A stretch of DNA of 64,000 nt, from NCBI GenBank assembly GCA_965214405.1, contig OZ243956.1, forward strand, positions 320,001 to 384,000, read 5' to 3'. Below are positions 19,906 to 29,852 of this stretch, piece by piece. The translations under genes and the position numbers were made by a program. This DNA is from Trueperaceae bacterium. Its GTDB lineage: Bacteria; Deinococcota; Deinococci; Deinococcales; Trueperaceae. The notes below the pieces were generated by a model that had not been told where the DNA came from, did not search any database, and saw nothing but the letters and a program-made list of their open reading frames with translations. How positions within the stretch are numbered: the first letter of the stretch is position 1; every line of letters starts with the position of its first letter.

Positions 19906-22302
19906 TCACTCCCCGTAAGGCACCCAGATGTTTTTCACCTGCGTCGCCCGGCGCAGATACTCCCGCCCCTGCCCTTGCACCGCGCTAAACCAGTCGCGCT
20001 TTTTCCCGTAGTTCACCCAAGTTTGTTTGAGGTTGCCCACCGACTCCCGCTCGACCACCCTGCTTCCCTCGGCAGAGCCCACGTACCAAAGCGCGTCCAC
20101 GTCGTCGTGCCGCGCCAGCGTCTGAGCGAGCGCGTCACGCTCCCCCGTCACAATGTTGACGACGCCGCCCGGCACGTCCGAGGTATCCAAAACCTGATAG
20201 AGGTCGGTCGCCGCCAACGGATAGCGTTCCGACGGCACCACCACCACCCGGTTGCCCATCACCACGGCGGGCGCGACGAGGGAAACGAGGGCCAGGAGCG
20301 GCGCATCGTCGGGGCAGACAACACCCATAACGCCCAAGGCCTCCGGCATCGCCAGGGTCACGTTGCGGACGGGGGTCTGGTGAACCGCACCGTCGTATTT
20401 GTCGGCCCAGGCCGCGTAATAAAAGAGACGCTGGACAGAGGCCGCCACTTCATCCGCCGCCGCTTTACGCGCCACGCCCGTCATGGCCTCGAGCCGCGCC
20501 TCAAACTCAGGGGCTCGAGCCTCCAAATTCTCAGCCAGGTAGTAAAGAACCTGCGCCCGATTATGCGCCGTAGCCTTGGCCCAGCCCGCCGCCTTGCGCG
20601 CCGCCTCAACCGCGTTGCGGACGTCCTTACGGTTGCCCTCGCCTACTTCGCCCAAAAGGTTGCCCTCTGGGTCCAGCACGGAGCGGCTGTACCCCGAGTC
20701 GGGCCGCGCCTGCTTGCCGCCGATGTAGAGCTTCGGCGTGCGGTCCAGGGGCGGCAGTTCCCAATCCTCCTGTTCGTCTTCAATCGCCTCTTTTGGTGGC
20801 TGAGGGGACTCTGCCTCGTAATTCGGTAGATTCTTCTCCCAACTCGGCTTGAGGTACTCGAGCAGCCCCTCCCGACCCCCTTCCCGCCCAAACCCGCTCT
20901 CTCTATAGCCACCAAACCCCGCCGCCGCGTCGAACTGGTTGGTGCAGTTCACCCACACCACCCCCGCTTTTATCTTTGGGGCCACGTCAAGCGCCAAGTT
21001 AACGTTCTCCGTCCACACCGACGCCGCCAAGCCGTAACGCGTGTTGTTGGCAAGTTCCACCGCCTCGGCGGGCGTGCGGAAGGTCATTGAGACGACCACC
21101 GGGCCGAAAATCTCCACCTGCGCGACTGTCGAGGCGGGCGAGGCGTCGGTAAAGAGCGTCGGCGGGTAGAAAAGCCCCTCCTGCGGCACCGCCCAGGAGG
21201 GCTGCCAGCACATAGCCCCCTCCGCCTTGCCCCTTTCGACCAGCGCCTCGATTTTCTGAAGCTGCACGGGCGCGACAATTGCGCCCATGTCCACCGCCTT
21301 GTCGAGCGGGTCGCCCACCCGCAGCGTTTCCATGCGCGCGCGAAGCTTGTCATGTATGGCGTCGGCCACACCCTCGTGGACGAGCAGGCGCGAGCCCGCG
21401 CAGCAGACCTGCCCCTGATTGAACCAAATCGCGTCCACCACGCCCTCGACTGCGGCGTCCAGGTCGGCGTCGTCGAACACCACAAAGGGAGACTTGCCGC
21501 CTAGCTCGAGGCTCAATTTCTTCCCGCTCCCCGCCGTCACCTCGCGGATGCGCTTACCCACCTCCGTCGAGCCCGTAAAGGCGATTTTGTCCACACCGGG
21601 ATGTGTAACGATAAGCTCACCCGTCGCGCCGTCCCCCGTCACGATGTTGACGACGCCCGGCGGCAGGCCGACGTCCTGACACACTTCGGCAAAAAGCAAG
21701 GCAGTGAGCGGCGTGTATTCGGCGGGTTTGAGGACCACCGTGCAGCCCGTCGCCAGCGCGGGCGCGATTTTCCAGGCGAGCATTAAAAGCGGGAAGTTCC
21801 AGGGGATGATTTGCCCGCACACGCCCACGGGCTCATAACCCTCTAGCTCGGTGTCCACGAGCTCCGCCCAGCCCGCGTGGTGGTAGAAGTGCCGCGCGAC
21901 CAGGGGGATGTCGAGGTCTCGAGTTTCGCGGATGGGCTTGCCGTTGTCCAAAGTTTCCAGCACGGCGAACAAGCGCGATTGCTTCTGGATGTGCCGCGCG
22001 AGGGCGTAGAGGTAGCGGGCTCGAGCGTGCCCACTCAAGGCCGCCCACTTCGGCTGCGCCTTTCGCGCCGCCCCCACCGCCGCGTCCACGTCCGCCTCGC
22101 CCGCCTGCGCGATTTGCGCCAAAGGCTCAGCGTTGGCGGGGTTCACCGTCTCAAAAAACTCACCCGATTTGGATTCGACAAACCTTCCGCCGATAAAGAG
22201 TCCGAAGGTGCGTCCGTGGTGCTCTAACCACGCAGTAGCGGTGTCGGCGCTCTCGGGCGCGGGGCCGTAGTCCATCGTCTCGAAAATCTCCTTTACGGTC
22301 AT
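19906..22302 (-). CDS. aldehyde dehydrogenase with duplicated domain (ALDH16-like)
   Basis: IIPWNFP, FTGST, ELGGKSP, NQGQVCCAG, EIFGPV motifs plus a second partial ALDH domain. ATGA overlap with the upstream gene. Linked to deoC. Confidence 0.92.
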   Translation of the reverse strand: MTVKEIFETMDYGPAPESADTATAWLEHHGRTFGLFIGGRFVESKSGEFFETVNPANAEPLAQIAQAGEADVDAAVGAARKAQPKWAALSGHARARYLYALARHIQKQSRLFAVLETLDNGKPIRETRDLDIPLVARHFYHHAGWAELVDTELEGYEPVGVCGQIIPWNFPLLMLAWKIAPALATGCTVVLKPAEYTPLTALLFAEVCQDVGLPPGVVNIVTGDGATGELIVTHPGVDKIAFTGSTEVGKRIREVTAGSGKKLSLELGGKSPFVVFDDADLDAAVEGVVDAIWFNQGQVCCAGSRLLVHEGVADAIHDKLRARMETLRVGDPLDKAVDMGAIVAPVQLQKIEALVERGKAEGAMCWQPSWAVPQEGLFYPPTLFTDASPASTVAQVEIFGPVVVSMTFRTPAEAVELANNTRYGLAASVWTENVNLALDVAPKIKAGVVWVNCTNQFDAAAGFGGYRESGFGREGGREGLLEYLKPSWEKNLPNYEAESPQPPKEAIEDEQEDWELPPLDRTPKLYIGGKQARPDSGYSRSVLDPEGNLLGEVGEGNRKDVRNAVEAARKAAGWAKATAHNRAQVLYYLAENLEARAPEFEARLEAMTGVARKAAADEVAASVQRLFYYAAWADKYDGAVHQTPVRNVTLAMPEALGVMGVVCPDDAPLLALVSLVAPAVVMGNRVVVVPSERYPLAATDLYQVLDTSDVPGGVVNIVTGERDALAQTLARHDDVDALWYVGSAEGSRVVERESVGNLKQTWVNYGKKRDWFSAVQGQGREYLRRATQVKNIWVPYGE

Positions 22303-22744
22303 CGTGTCTCCTTTTGCCATTCGTCGGCGAGTAAGCCGTAAATTAAACAGTCCGTCAAGCCGTCTCGAGTGTGACTCATCCCTCTCAATTTGCCCTCGAG
22401 CCTAAACCCCAACCTCTCGGGAATAGCGCGGCTCCTCACATTCTTTTCCGAACAGCGTATCTTAATCCGGTTGAGCTTCAGTTCTTCAAAAAGATAGGTG
22501 ACAAGGTAAAAACATGTCTTCGTCATAATCCCGCGCCCCTCATACTTAGCGCCGAGCCAGTAACCCACTCGAGCCCACTCCGAATAAACTTCTTAGAATT
22601 CTCTACCGTCTTTGTCGCCTCCACCCAAGGAAACCAGTAGCCAAGGTGCTCGCGGTTCTCGTCAATCAGGTTAAATAAAGTCTCAGCGTGACGCGGCTCG
22701 AGCAGCCTAAGTTCTAACCCCTCGTCAACGGGGGCGCTAAACAT
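22299..22744 (-). pseudogene. RimJ/RimL-type GNAT acetyltransferase, internally deleted and frameshifted
   Basis: The N-part (LRLLE...NREHL..WFPW) and C-part (GYWLG...GRGIMT...N.RSRAIPERLGF) are in different frames, and the central segment appears missing at about 22568-22573. Confidence 0.8.
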
Positions 22745-23150
22745 GTTCCCAGTCCTCGAGCCTAAGCCCCTCCACCCGCGCGAAGTGCTTCGTGTTGCGC
22801 GTCACGAGCACGGCGTTGTTGGCGATGGCGATGCCCGCGATGAGGATGTCGGCGTCTTCTAAGGGCGCGCCTTTGCTGCGGAGGTCTTGGTAAATGGCGG
22901 CAGAAACGTCGAGCGCCGCCAAGTCCAATGGAAGTAAGCCGCGTGCCTGCACCAGTGTCTCAAAAACGGTGAATTTACGTCTAAATCTCGGTAGAATCAG
23001 CCCTCGTCTGACCTCAAAATAACTAACCGCGTTGAGCAGGACAAGGTGACCTTGTCGGCGGGTTTGAGCTAAGCGTTCTTTTACCCCGACATCGTCTCTG
23101 AGAATCGCGGCAACCGCGTTTGAGTCTAAGGTGTAGGCTTCACTCCTCAT
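22737..23150 (-). CDS. vapC: VapC-family PIN-domain toxin
   Basis: YTLDSN, SYFEV.RG, DADILIAGIA, LVTRN.KHF and LRLEDW motifs. Confidence 0.9.
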   Translation of the reverse strand: MRSEAYTLDSNAVAAILRDDVGVKERLAQTRRQGHLVLLNAVSYFEVRRGLILPRFRRKFTVFETLVQARGLLPLDLAALDVSAAIYQDLRSKGAPLEDADILIAGIAIANNAVLVTRNTKHFARVEGLRLEDWEHV

Positions 23151-23385
23151 CTGAGCCAAAGTCTAGGGTACGTCCGCCAAAAAGCGAGCGCCGCCGTGAG
23201 GCTTCCTCGAAGGCAGCTTCGTCTTCGGGGTCCGAAAGCGTTCCAGCGAGTTCGTTCCAAAGTTGCAGCTCTTCCTCCACGGACAGGGTCGGTTCTTCAA
23301 GTTTGTCGATTTCGCGCTCGAGCTTTAGCAGCTTCGTCTCGTCTAACTTCTCGACACGCTTCATCACACGCTCTTTAACAGTCAT
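23140..23385 (-). CDS. small putative antitoxin, paralog 3 (adjacent to vapC)
   Basis: MTVKERVMKR...AGTLSDPEDEAAFEEASRRRSLF. GAGGAG RBS, overlaps vapC. Confidence 0.75.
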   Translation of the reverse strand: MTVKERVMKRVEKLDETKLLKLEREIDKLEEPTLSVEEELQLWNELAGTLSDPEDEAAFEEASRRRSLFGGRTLDFGSDEE

Positions 23386-23632
23386 CGCTTTTCTCCTCGC
23401 GCTTACCAAAAAGAGGTCTGCGGTGTGCAAGTTTCTCCCACTCGGCGTACTCTTCGGGGTCGGAGAGAAGACCAAAAACGCCGCGCCAAGCCGCCAAGCG
23501 GCGCTCTATCTCCTCGGGTGAGGGTTTGGTGATTTCATCAAGCCGAGCTTCTAAAGCCTCGAGTTCGTCCTCATTCAACGTTTCAATGCGCCTAATTAAA
23601 CGCTCTTTCATCGTCATTTCTTTAACTGCCAT
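23375..23632 (-). CDS. small putative antitoxin, paralog 2
   Basis: MTMKERLIRR...FGLLSDPEEYAEWEKLAHRRPLF. GGAGG RBS. Confidence 0.72.
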   Translation of the reverse strand: MAVKEMTMKERLIRRIETLNEDELEALEARLDEITKPSPEEIERRLAAWRGVFGLLSDPEEYAEWEKLAHRRPLFGKREEKSDDC

Positions 23633-23922
23633 ACATTGCCTCCTCGAATACCGTTTGCTCCTCTTCATCCGGTTCTATGCCGAGCTCACGGCCTCTGAAA
23701 AGAGGATGCCGCCGCGTGGCCTCCTCGAATGCAGCTATTTCTTCAGGGTCCGAGAGCATACCAGCCACGCTACGCAAGGCCTCTAAGTGCCGCTCAATCC
23801 TCTTTTGTTTCTCAAATTCGTCTTCACGCTCACGCCTAGACCTCTCGAGCTGCCCCTCCAACGCCGCCAACGCCGCCTCGTTCATGCTGTTAAGCTGCTC
23901 AATGACGCTCTTTAACCGTCAC
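23622..23922 (-). pseudogene. small putative antitoxin, paralog 1, frameshifted after codon 6
   Basis: GAGGTG RBS, then GTG ACG GTT AAA GAG CGT (MTVKER) out of frame with VIEQLNSM...AGMLSDPEEIAAFEEATRRHPLF. An ORF from the ATG at 23885 remains. Confidence 0.65.
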
Positions 23923-23944
23923 GGTTCACCTCACGCCCCTCAAG

Positions 23945-24934
23945 CTACGCCAGCGGGTGCCGGTACAAAGCTGAGTAACGCCCCGTCACAAAGTGCTCCA
24001 ACTGCCGCTCGATATCCCCCAACAGCGAACTCGCGCCGAAGCGGAAGAGTTGGGGCTCGAGCCAGGACCGCCCCAGCTCCTCTTTCATGAGCACGAGCCA
24101 GTTGAGCGCGTCCTTGGCGGTGCGGATGCCCCCCGCAGGCTTGAAGCCTATCCGGTAGCCCGTGCGCTCCTCATACGCGCGAATCGCCCGGACCATGATT
24201 AAGCTCACGGGCAGGGTGGCGTTTTCGCTCTCTTTGCCCGTCGAGGTCTTGATAAAGTCCGCGCCCGCCATCATCGCCACCAAGCTCGCCCGCATCACGT
24301 TGCGCAAAGTCCCGAGTTCGCCCGTGCCCAAAATCACCTTCATGTGCGCCGCACCGCAGGCCTCACGAAAGGCCGCGACTTCGTCGTAGAGCGCTTCCCA
24401 GTTGCCGGTCAGCACGTAGGCTCGAGTAATCACAATGTCAATCTCTTCCGCCCCCGCGCCTGTTGAAGCGCGAATCTCCTCCAACCGCGTCTTGAAGGGC
24501 GACAAGCCCGCCGGGAAGCCCGTCGAGACGGCGGCGACGGGGATGCCGGAACCCTCGAGCGCCCGCACCGCGGTGGGCACCATCGCGTGATAAACGCAGA
24601 CCGCCCCCACGGTGAGGTTCATGTCGGCCACGCCCAAGGCTTCAAGCACATCCTCCCGCACGGGCCGCTGCGCTTTTTGGCAAAGCCGCACCACCCGCCC
24701 CGGCGTGTCGTCGCCCGACAGCGTAGTGAGGTCGATGCAGGTGACCGCCTTGAGGAGCCACGCCGCCTGCCACTCGCGCTTGACGCTGCGCCGCGTGGTG
24801 AGGGTGCTCGCACGGCGCTCGGCGGCGGAGCGGTTGACCTGGACGTTTTGAACCCACTCGAGTTCCAGCGGCATTCCGGGATTACGCCCCGCTTCGTGCG
24901 CTTCTCTTACGCCTGTTTTTTCCCCAATCGTCAT
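23945..24934 (-). CDS. deoC: deoxyribose-phosphate aldolase
   Basis: IDLTTL, AVCVY, GAEEIDIV, GADFIKTSTGK, GFKPAGGI and FRFGASSLL motifs. Confidence 0.95.
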   Translation of the reverse strand: MTIGEKTGVREAHEAGRNPGMPLELEWVQNVQVNRSAAERRASTLTTRRSVKREWQAAWLLKAVTCIDLTTLSGDDTPGRVVRLCQKAQRPVREDVLEALGVADMNLTVGAVCVYHAMVPTAVRALEGSGIPVAAVSTGFPAGLSPFKTRLEEIRASTGAGAEEIDIVITRAYVLTGNWEALYDEVAAFREACGAAHMKVILGTGELGTLRNVMRASLVAMMAGADFIKTSTGKESENATLPVSLIMVRAIRAYEERTGYRIGFKPAGGIRTAKDALNWLVLMKEELGRSWLEPQLFRFGASSLLGDIERQLEHFVTGRYSALYRHPLA

Positions 24935-25104
24935 GTTTACCTTACCTTTCAGGGGTCTTGCCTCTAGGAGGTATTATAGGGCGTGAGCCCACGTGGGCTT
25001 ACCGTAAAGTTTCTTTATAAACGTGATTCTGGAACTAGACACATCAAGACGCGCGTTCGTCACCGCTAACGAGGCCAAACGAGACGTGAAGATAGGTTTT
25101 AGCT

Positions 25105-26166
25105 ATGCTAGAGACTCCTTCAAAATCCGTTAAAACCCGCACAACGGGACCCCATCCTTTGAGCGTCGCCCCCATGATGGACTGGACTGACCGCCACTAC
25201 CGCGCCTTTATGCGAGGCGTCACCAAGCGGACGCTGCTTTATACCGAGATGGTCACGACCAACGCGGCGCTGCACGGTGACCGTGAGAGAATTTTGGGCT
25301 TCTCGGAGGTCGAAAAACCGCTCGCGCTCCAACTCGGCGGCGACAATCCAGGTGAACTCGCCGCGTGCGCGCGCTTAGCCGAGGCGTGGGGCTACGATGA
25401 GGTCAACCTCAACGTGGGCTGTCCGAGCGACCGCGTGCAGAACGGCAACTTCGGCGCGTGCTTGATGGCGCAACCTTTGCGCGTGGCCGCGTGCGTGGCC
25501 GCGATGCGTGAGGCCGTAAGCCTCCCCGTGACCGTCAAGCACCGCATCGGTGTGGATGAACTCGACCGTTACGAGGACATGGCGAACTTCGTCCGGGTGG
25601 TGTCGGAAGCGGGGGCGGACCGTTTCACCGTTCACGCGCGCAAGGCCTGGTTGCAGGGCTTGAGCCCCAAGGAGAACCGCACCGTGCCGCCCCTGCGGTA
25701 TGAAGAGGTGGGGCGGCTCAAAGGAGAATTCCCCCACCTCACCATTGAAATTAACGGGGGCTTTCGAGATTTGGTCGCCGTCCGCGCACAACTTGAGCGG
25801 GTTGACGGCGTGATGGTGGGCCGCGCGGCTTACGAGCATCCTTTTCTTTTTGCCACGGTGGATAGAGATTTTTATGGCGAGACCGCCCCGCCGCCCACCC
25901 GGCGTGAGGTGGTGGTGGGGTTGCTGCCCTATCTCGAGCAAGAACTCTCAAACGGCGTCCACTTAAACCGCGTGACCCGTCACGTGCTGGGGCTGTTCGC
26001 GCATCAGCCGGGGGCGAGGGCCTGGAAGCGGCACTTGAGCGAGAACGCGCACCTTCCGGGGGCGGGGCTCGAGGTTGTGCTGGGGGCCATGCGGCGCGTT
26101 CCCGACGAGGTTTTGGACGCGCGTCCGGCGGGTGAGGCGGCGGTCTCTCCGGTGTTGGTTGAGTAG
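25105..26166 (+). CDS. dusA: tRNA dihydrouridine(20/20a) synthase
   Basis: SVAPMMDWTDRH, LNVGCPSDRVQ, VTVKHRIG and VHARKAWLQGLSPKENR motifs. Confidence 0.95.
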   Translation: MLETPSKSVKTRTTGPHPLSVAPMMDWTDRHYRAFMRGVTKRTLLYTEMVTTNAALHGDRERILGFSEVEKPLALQLGGDNPGELAACARLAEAWGYDEVNLNVGCPSDRVQNGNFGACLMAQPLRVAACVAAMREAVSLPVTVKHRIGVDELDRYEDMANFVRVVSEAGADRFTVHARKAWLQGLSPKENRTVPPLRYEEVGRLKGEFPHLTIEINGGFRDLVAVRAQLERVDGVMVGRAAYEHPFLFATVDRDFYGETAPPPTRREVVVGLLPYLEQELSNGVHLNRVTRHVLGLFAHQPGARAWKRHLSENAHLPGAGLEVVLGAMRRVPDEVLDARPAGEAAVSPVLVE

Positions 26167-26232
26167 AGACCCGTCAGCGTGAGAACGTCTTGGGCGCGCG
26201 AGTTTCGTTGTAGACTGCACCAAACTCGGGAG

Positions 26233-28272
26233 ATGCCTATGTCACGAACGTCACAACAAGAATCGCAACAAGACCTCCAACAAGACCTTCAAGACCTTCA
26301 ACAAGAAGGTGCGAGAGCGCACGCGGGTTATAAACCCATCGCGGACTACGGGGCCATCGGCAACTTGCGCACTGTGGCGCTCGTGGGGCTCGACGGCTCA
26401 ATCGACTGGTGCTGCTTGCCGAATCTGGACGCGCCGAGCGTATTTGGCGCGATTCTGGACGTTCACAAGGGCGGGCGCTTTCGCGTGAGCCCGGTAAAGT
26501 ATAAAAGGAGTACGCAGCGGTATCTGGACAACACCAACGTGCTCGAGACCTGCTTCACCTCCTCAGAGTCAGAAGACGAGGCCGGGACCCTCACGCTCAC
26601 CGACTTTATGCCCCTGCGGGGCTCCATTGTCGGCGCGGGCAACCCGGACACCTCGCCGACGCTTCTAAGGCTGCTTGAATGTAAAGAGGGTGAAGTTGAG
26701 GTGGCGCTCGAGTGGTCGCCGCGCTTTGACTATGCGAGGGCGAACACCTTTATCGAGAGAACTGAAAAGGGCGCGCTCGCTCGAGCGGGTGACGAAACCA
26801 ACAGCGAGGTGATGGTGCTGGCGGGTCTGCCCGACACGGTGAGCGAGGTTGCCGTTACCGACGACGGACACGGCCCCGTCTTCCGCGCCCGCTTTACCTT
26901 GCGCGCGGGCGAGCGCGTGGCGCTCGAGAACCACTACGGGGTGACGGAGGTGGAAACCGACCTTGGTGAGTGTGGCGCCCTGCTCCAAGAAACGGTCGCG
27001 GCCTGGCGCGGCTGGGTTCACTCCTGCTCGGATAATCCCGGCGGCTGCGCCTTTGGCGGCCCCTGGCACGACCTCCTCATCCGTTCAGGCCTCGTCTTGA
27101 AACTTTTGACGCACCCCGACACGGGCGCGATTGCCGCCGCGCCCACCACGTCGCTACCCGAAGACGTCGGCGGGGTGCGCAACTGGGATTACCGGTTCTC
27201 CTGGATACGCGACGCCGCCTTTACCGCGCAGGCGCTTTTTTCACTCGGGCACCACGCGGAAGCGCTCGATTTCGTTCACTTCGTCCAGCGCGCGGCGAAA
27301 GCGGGGGGCGGCCATCCTTTACAGCTTCAGATTATGTACGGCCTTCACGGCGAAACCGACCTCACCGAAGAGACGCTGCCGCACTTGGCGGGCTACCGCG
27401 GCTCGCGCCCGGTGCGTATCGGCAACGGCGCGGCAAAACAGCAGCAGCACGATATTTACGGCGAGCTGCTCGGCTCGGCCTACGAGCTTGTGAGGCTGGG
27501 CGGAAAGCTCGAGCCCGACCTCATGGCCTTTTTGGGCGCGGTGGCGACCGAGGCGTGCCGGGTCTGGCGCGAACCCGACGCCGGAATTTGGGAGGTGCGG
27601 GGCGGGCCGCAGCATTTCGTCTATTCCAAGGTGATGGTCTGGGTGGCGCTCGACCGCGCGGTGCATATGGCGGAGCAGCACGGTTTGCCCGGCCCCGTCG
27701 AGACCTGGAAAGAAACGCGCGAGGCGGTGCGCGAGGCGGTCCTGGAGGAGGGCTACGACCCGGAGGTGGGCGCGTTCGTGCAGGCGTTCGGCTCCAAGGC
27801 GCTGGACGCGGCCAATCTGCTCATTCCGGTGGTCGAGTTTTTGCCCTTCGACGACCCCCGCGTGCAGGGCACCATCGACCGGACCCTGGAGCGGCTTACG
27901 CATAACGGCGTCGTCCACCGCTACCTCACCAGCCACACCGACGACGGGCTCGAGGGCGGCGAGGGCGGCTTCGGCCTCACCACCTTTTGGTTGGTCGACG
28001 CGCTCGCGCTTTCCGGGCGTCTGGACGAGGCGCACTCTCTCTTTGAAGGCATGGTGAAACGCGCCAACCACCTGGGCCTCTACGCCGAAGAGTTCGACCC
28101 CCACACGGGCGCGTTTTTGGGCAACTTTCCGCAGGGGTTTTCGCACATCGGCTTTGTCAACAGCGCGCTCTATTTAGCCAGGGCCGAAGGAAGGCGCGCG
28201 CCCGCGCCCGCGCCGGTGGGGTCGCTCGAGCACGGGGCCGAGGCGGGCCGCGACACAGGGGCGAAAATGTGA
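26233..28272 (+). CDS. glycoside hydrolase family 15 (trehalase/glucoamylase-like)
   Basis: IADYGAIGN, AAPTTSLPE..GGVRNWDYRFSWIRD, GIWEVRG and LGNFPQGFSH motifs. Confidence 0.92.
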   Translation: MPMSRTSQQESQQDLQQDLQDLQQEGARAHAGYKPIADYGAIGNLRTVALVGLDGSIDWCCLPNLDAPSVFGAILDVHKGGRFRVSPVKYKRSTQRYLDNTNVLETCFTSSESEDEAGTLTLTDFMPLRGSIVGAGNPDTSPTLLRLLECKEGEVEVALEWSPRFDYARANTFIERTEKGALARAGDETNSEVMVLAGLPDTVSEVAVTDDGHGPVFRARFTLRAGERVALENHYGVTEVETDLGECGALLQETVAAWRGWVHSCSDNPGGCAFGGPWHDLLIRSGLVLKLLTHPDTGAIAAAPTTSLPEDVGGVRNWDYRFSWIRDAAFTAQALFSLGHHAEALDFVHFVQRAAKAGGGHPLQLQIMYGLHGETDLTEETLPHLAGYRGSRPVRIGNGAAKQQQHDIYGELLGSAYELVRLGGKLEPDLMAFLGAVATEACRVWREPDAGIWEVRGGPQHFVYSKVMVWVALDRAVHMAEQHGLPGPVETWKETREAVREAVLEEGYDPEVGAFVQAFGSKALDAANLLIPVVEFLPFDDPRVQGTIDRTLERLTHNGVVHRYLTSHTDDGLEGGEGGFGLTTFWLVDALALSGRLDEAHSLFEGMVKRANHLGLYAEEFDPHTGAFLGNFPQGFSHIGFVNSALYLARAEGRRAPAPAPVGSLEHGAEAGRDTGAKM

Positions 28273-28506
28273 GGGTGAGGGTTTATTCACATGTCGGACT
28301 GCGCCAAAAACCCGGCCACGGCAGGACCTCAACTCGAGCGAGCTTTGGCTCACGCCTCGCAGTTTGAACCACAATTAAAGGGATACTGGATTACTCTTAC
28401 TACAGGTGAAAACACACGAGGGTAGAGCGCTGCCCCCAAACGTGACCAAAGCCAGTATGTATAATGAGCCATGCGAAATCCACTTCCGAACTATCTTGGG
28501 GGATCC

Positions 28507-29613
28507 ATGAAACGTGCTGCTACTGTTACAACCATCTTTTGCCTTTTGCTGCTCGCCGCCTGCGGCGCGCCGCCCTTGGACCGGCAACTCGCGGGCGCGC
28601 AAAACGAGCTGCAAGACGCGCGCGCGGAGCTTAACCAGGTCGAGCGGGAGCTCATCGAGGCGCAGACCGAGGCCTCCGACCTCCGCATACAGATTGCGAC
28701 CCTGAGTAGCGCCAGCGACGCGCTGCCCCAGGCGGGCGCAGAAATCGATCTGCTCCGCACCCGCTTGGCCGAGTTGGAAGCCCAGGCGAACGCGCTCGTC
28801 AACCAGCAAACCGACCTTACCGGGGCGCTCGAGGCGGCGCAGGCCGAGGTGGTCGACTTGCGCGGCACGATTGCCGACATTAGAGAAGAGCGCGCCCAAC
28901 TGCTCGACGAACTCGCCGACCGCGACGCGCAGCTCGCCGTCACCAGAGAGCGCCTAAGGCGCTTTGACGGCCTCAACTTAGAATCACTTAACGCAACGCG
29001 CCTCGAGCTCGAGGCCGCCCGCACCCGCGCCGCGACCCTGGAGGCCGCCAACAGCGACTTGCAGAACGTCCAGGACAACCTCCGCCGCGGCCTCAACGAC
29101 GCCGAGGCGACCATCAGCAATACGCAGGCGGAGATCGCCGCGTTGCGCGCGCAGCAGTCGACGCTCGAGGCCCAGCTCGTCGAGGCGCGCAACACCATCG
29201 AAACCGCGCCCTCCCAAGAGCGGCTCGAGGCCGCGGTCCAGGCGAACCAGACCGCCGAAGCGCGCGCCGCCGCCCTCGAAGCGGAACTCAGCGACAGGCC
29301 GACCACCGCCGACGTCGCCGCCCTAAATACCCAGTTGGGCACCCAGCCCACCGCGAGCGAACTCGAGGCGCTCCGCGAGTCCCGCGACGTCGCCATCCGG
29401 CAAGCGCGCATCCTCCAAGGGCAACTCCAAACGGTGCAAGCGAGATTGGCGGCGCTCCAGTCCAGTGAGCAAACGGGCGGCGCGACGGGCGCTTCCGCCG
29501 TCGTCATCGCGCCAGACGCCACCGCCTCTACCGAAGTGCAAAGGCAACTCCAGGAGGCCCAGGCGCGCATCGCCGAGCTCGAGGCGCAGCTCAGCGGCAG
29601 CGGCGGTCAGTAA
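28507..29613 (+). CDS. long coiled-coil lipoprotein, function unknown
   Basis: Lipobox LAAC after a hydrophobic stretch, then A/E/L/Q/R heptad-rich body. An alternative start at 28471 follows TATAAT. Confidence 0.8.
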   Translation: MKRAATVTTIFCLLLLAACGAPPLDRQLAGAQNELQDARAELNQVERELIEAQTEASDLRIQIATLSSASDALPQAGAEIDLLRTRLAELEAQANALVNQQTDLTGALEAAQAEVVDLRGTIADIREERAQLLDELADRDAQLAVTRERLRRFDGLNLESLNATRLELEAARTRAATLEAANSDLQNVQDNLRRGLNDAEATISNTQAEIAALRAQQSTLEAQLVEARNTIETAPSQERLEAAVQANQTAEARAAALEAELSDRPTTADVAALNTQLGTQPTASELEALRESRDVAIRQARILQGQLQTVQARLAALQSSEQTGGATGASAVVIAPDATASTEVQRQLQEAQARIAELEAQLSGSGGQ

Positions 29614-29640
29614 CGCGCGAAGCCACCCAAAAAAGCGCAG

Positions 29641-29671
29641 AAGCACCTGGCTTTGAGTCAGGTGCTTTTTT
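29641..29671 (+). terminator. intrinsic terminator
   Basis: AAGCACCTG-N9-CAGGTGCTT followed by a T run. Confidence 0.75.
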
Positions 29672-29852
29672 AGTTCATCTTTATCCCGCCCCACGTTCAC
29701 CTTGCATGTTGCCCGCTCCGCAAAGGATAAAGCCTTTCCATTTTTCACGCGGCACTCAGCACCCGGTACTCTTTCACCCTCACTCCCCCAGCCAATTCAT
29801 ACACACAGCCCAAGTAAGAATCTTGTAAGACTTCGCCAGCTAGGATGTTTTT

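Noticed and set aside
19882..20829. 315-aa plus-strand ORF, and similar long overlaps such as 8424-9296, 27319-28146, 51624-52463 and 56500-57330
   Set aside because: Antisense to well-supported genes, with no recognisable features.
28491..29570. 359-aa antisense ORF
   Set aside because: Mirror frame of the coiled-coil gene, S/A/R-rich with no motifs. Typical high-GC shadow ORF.
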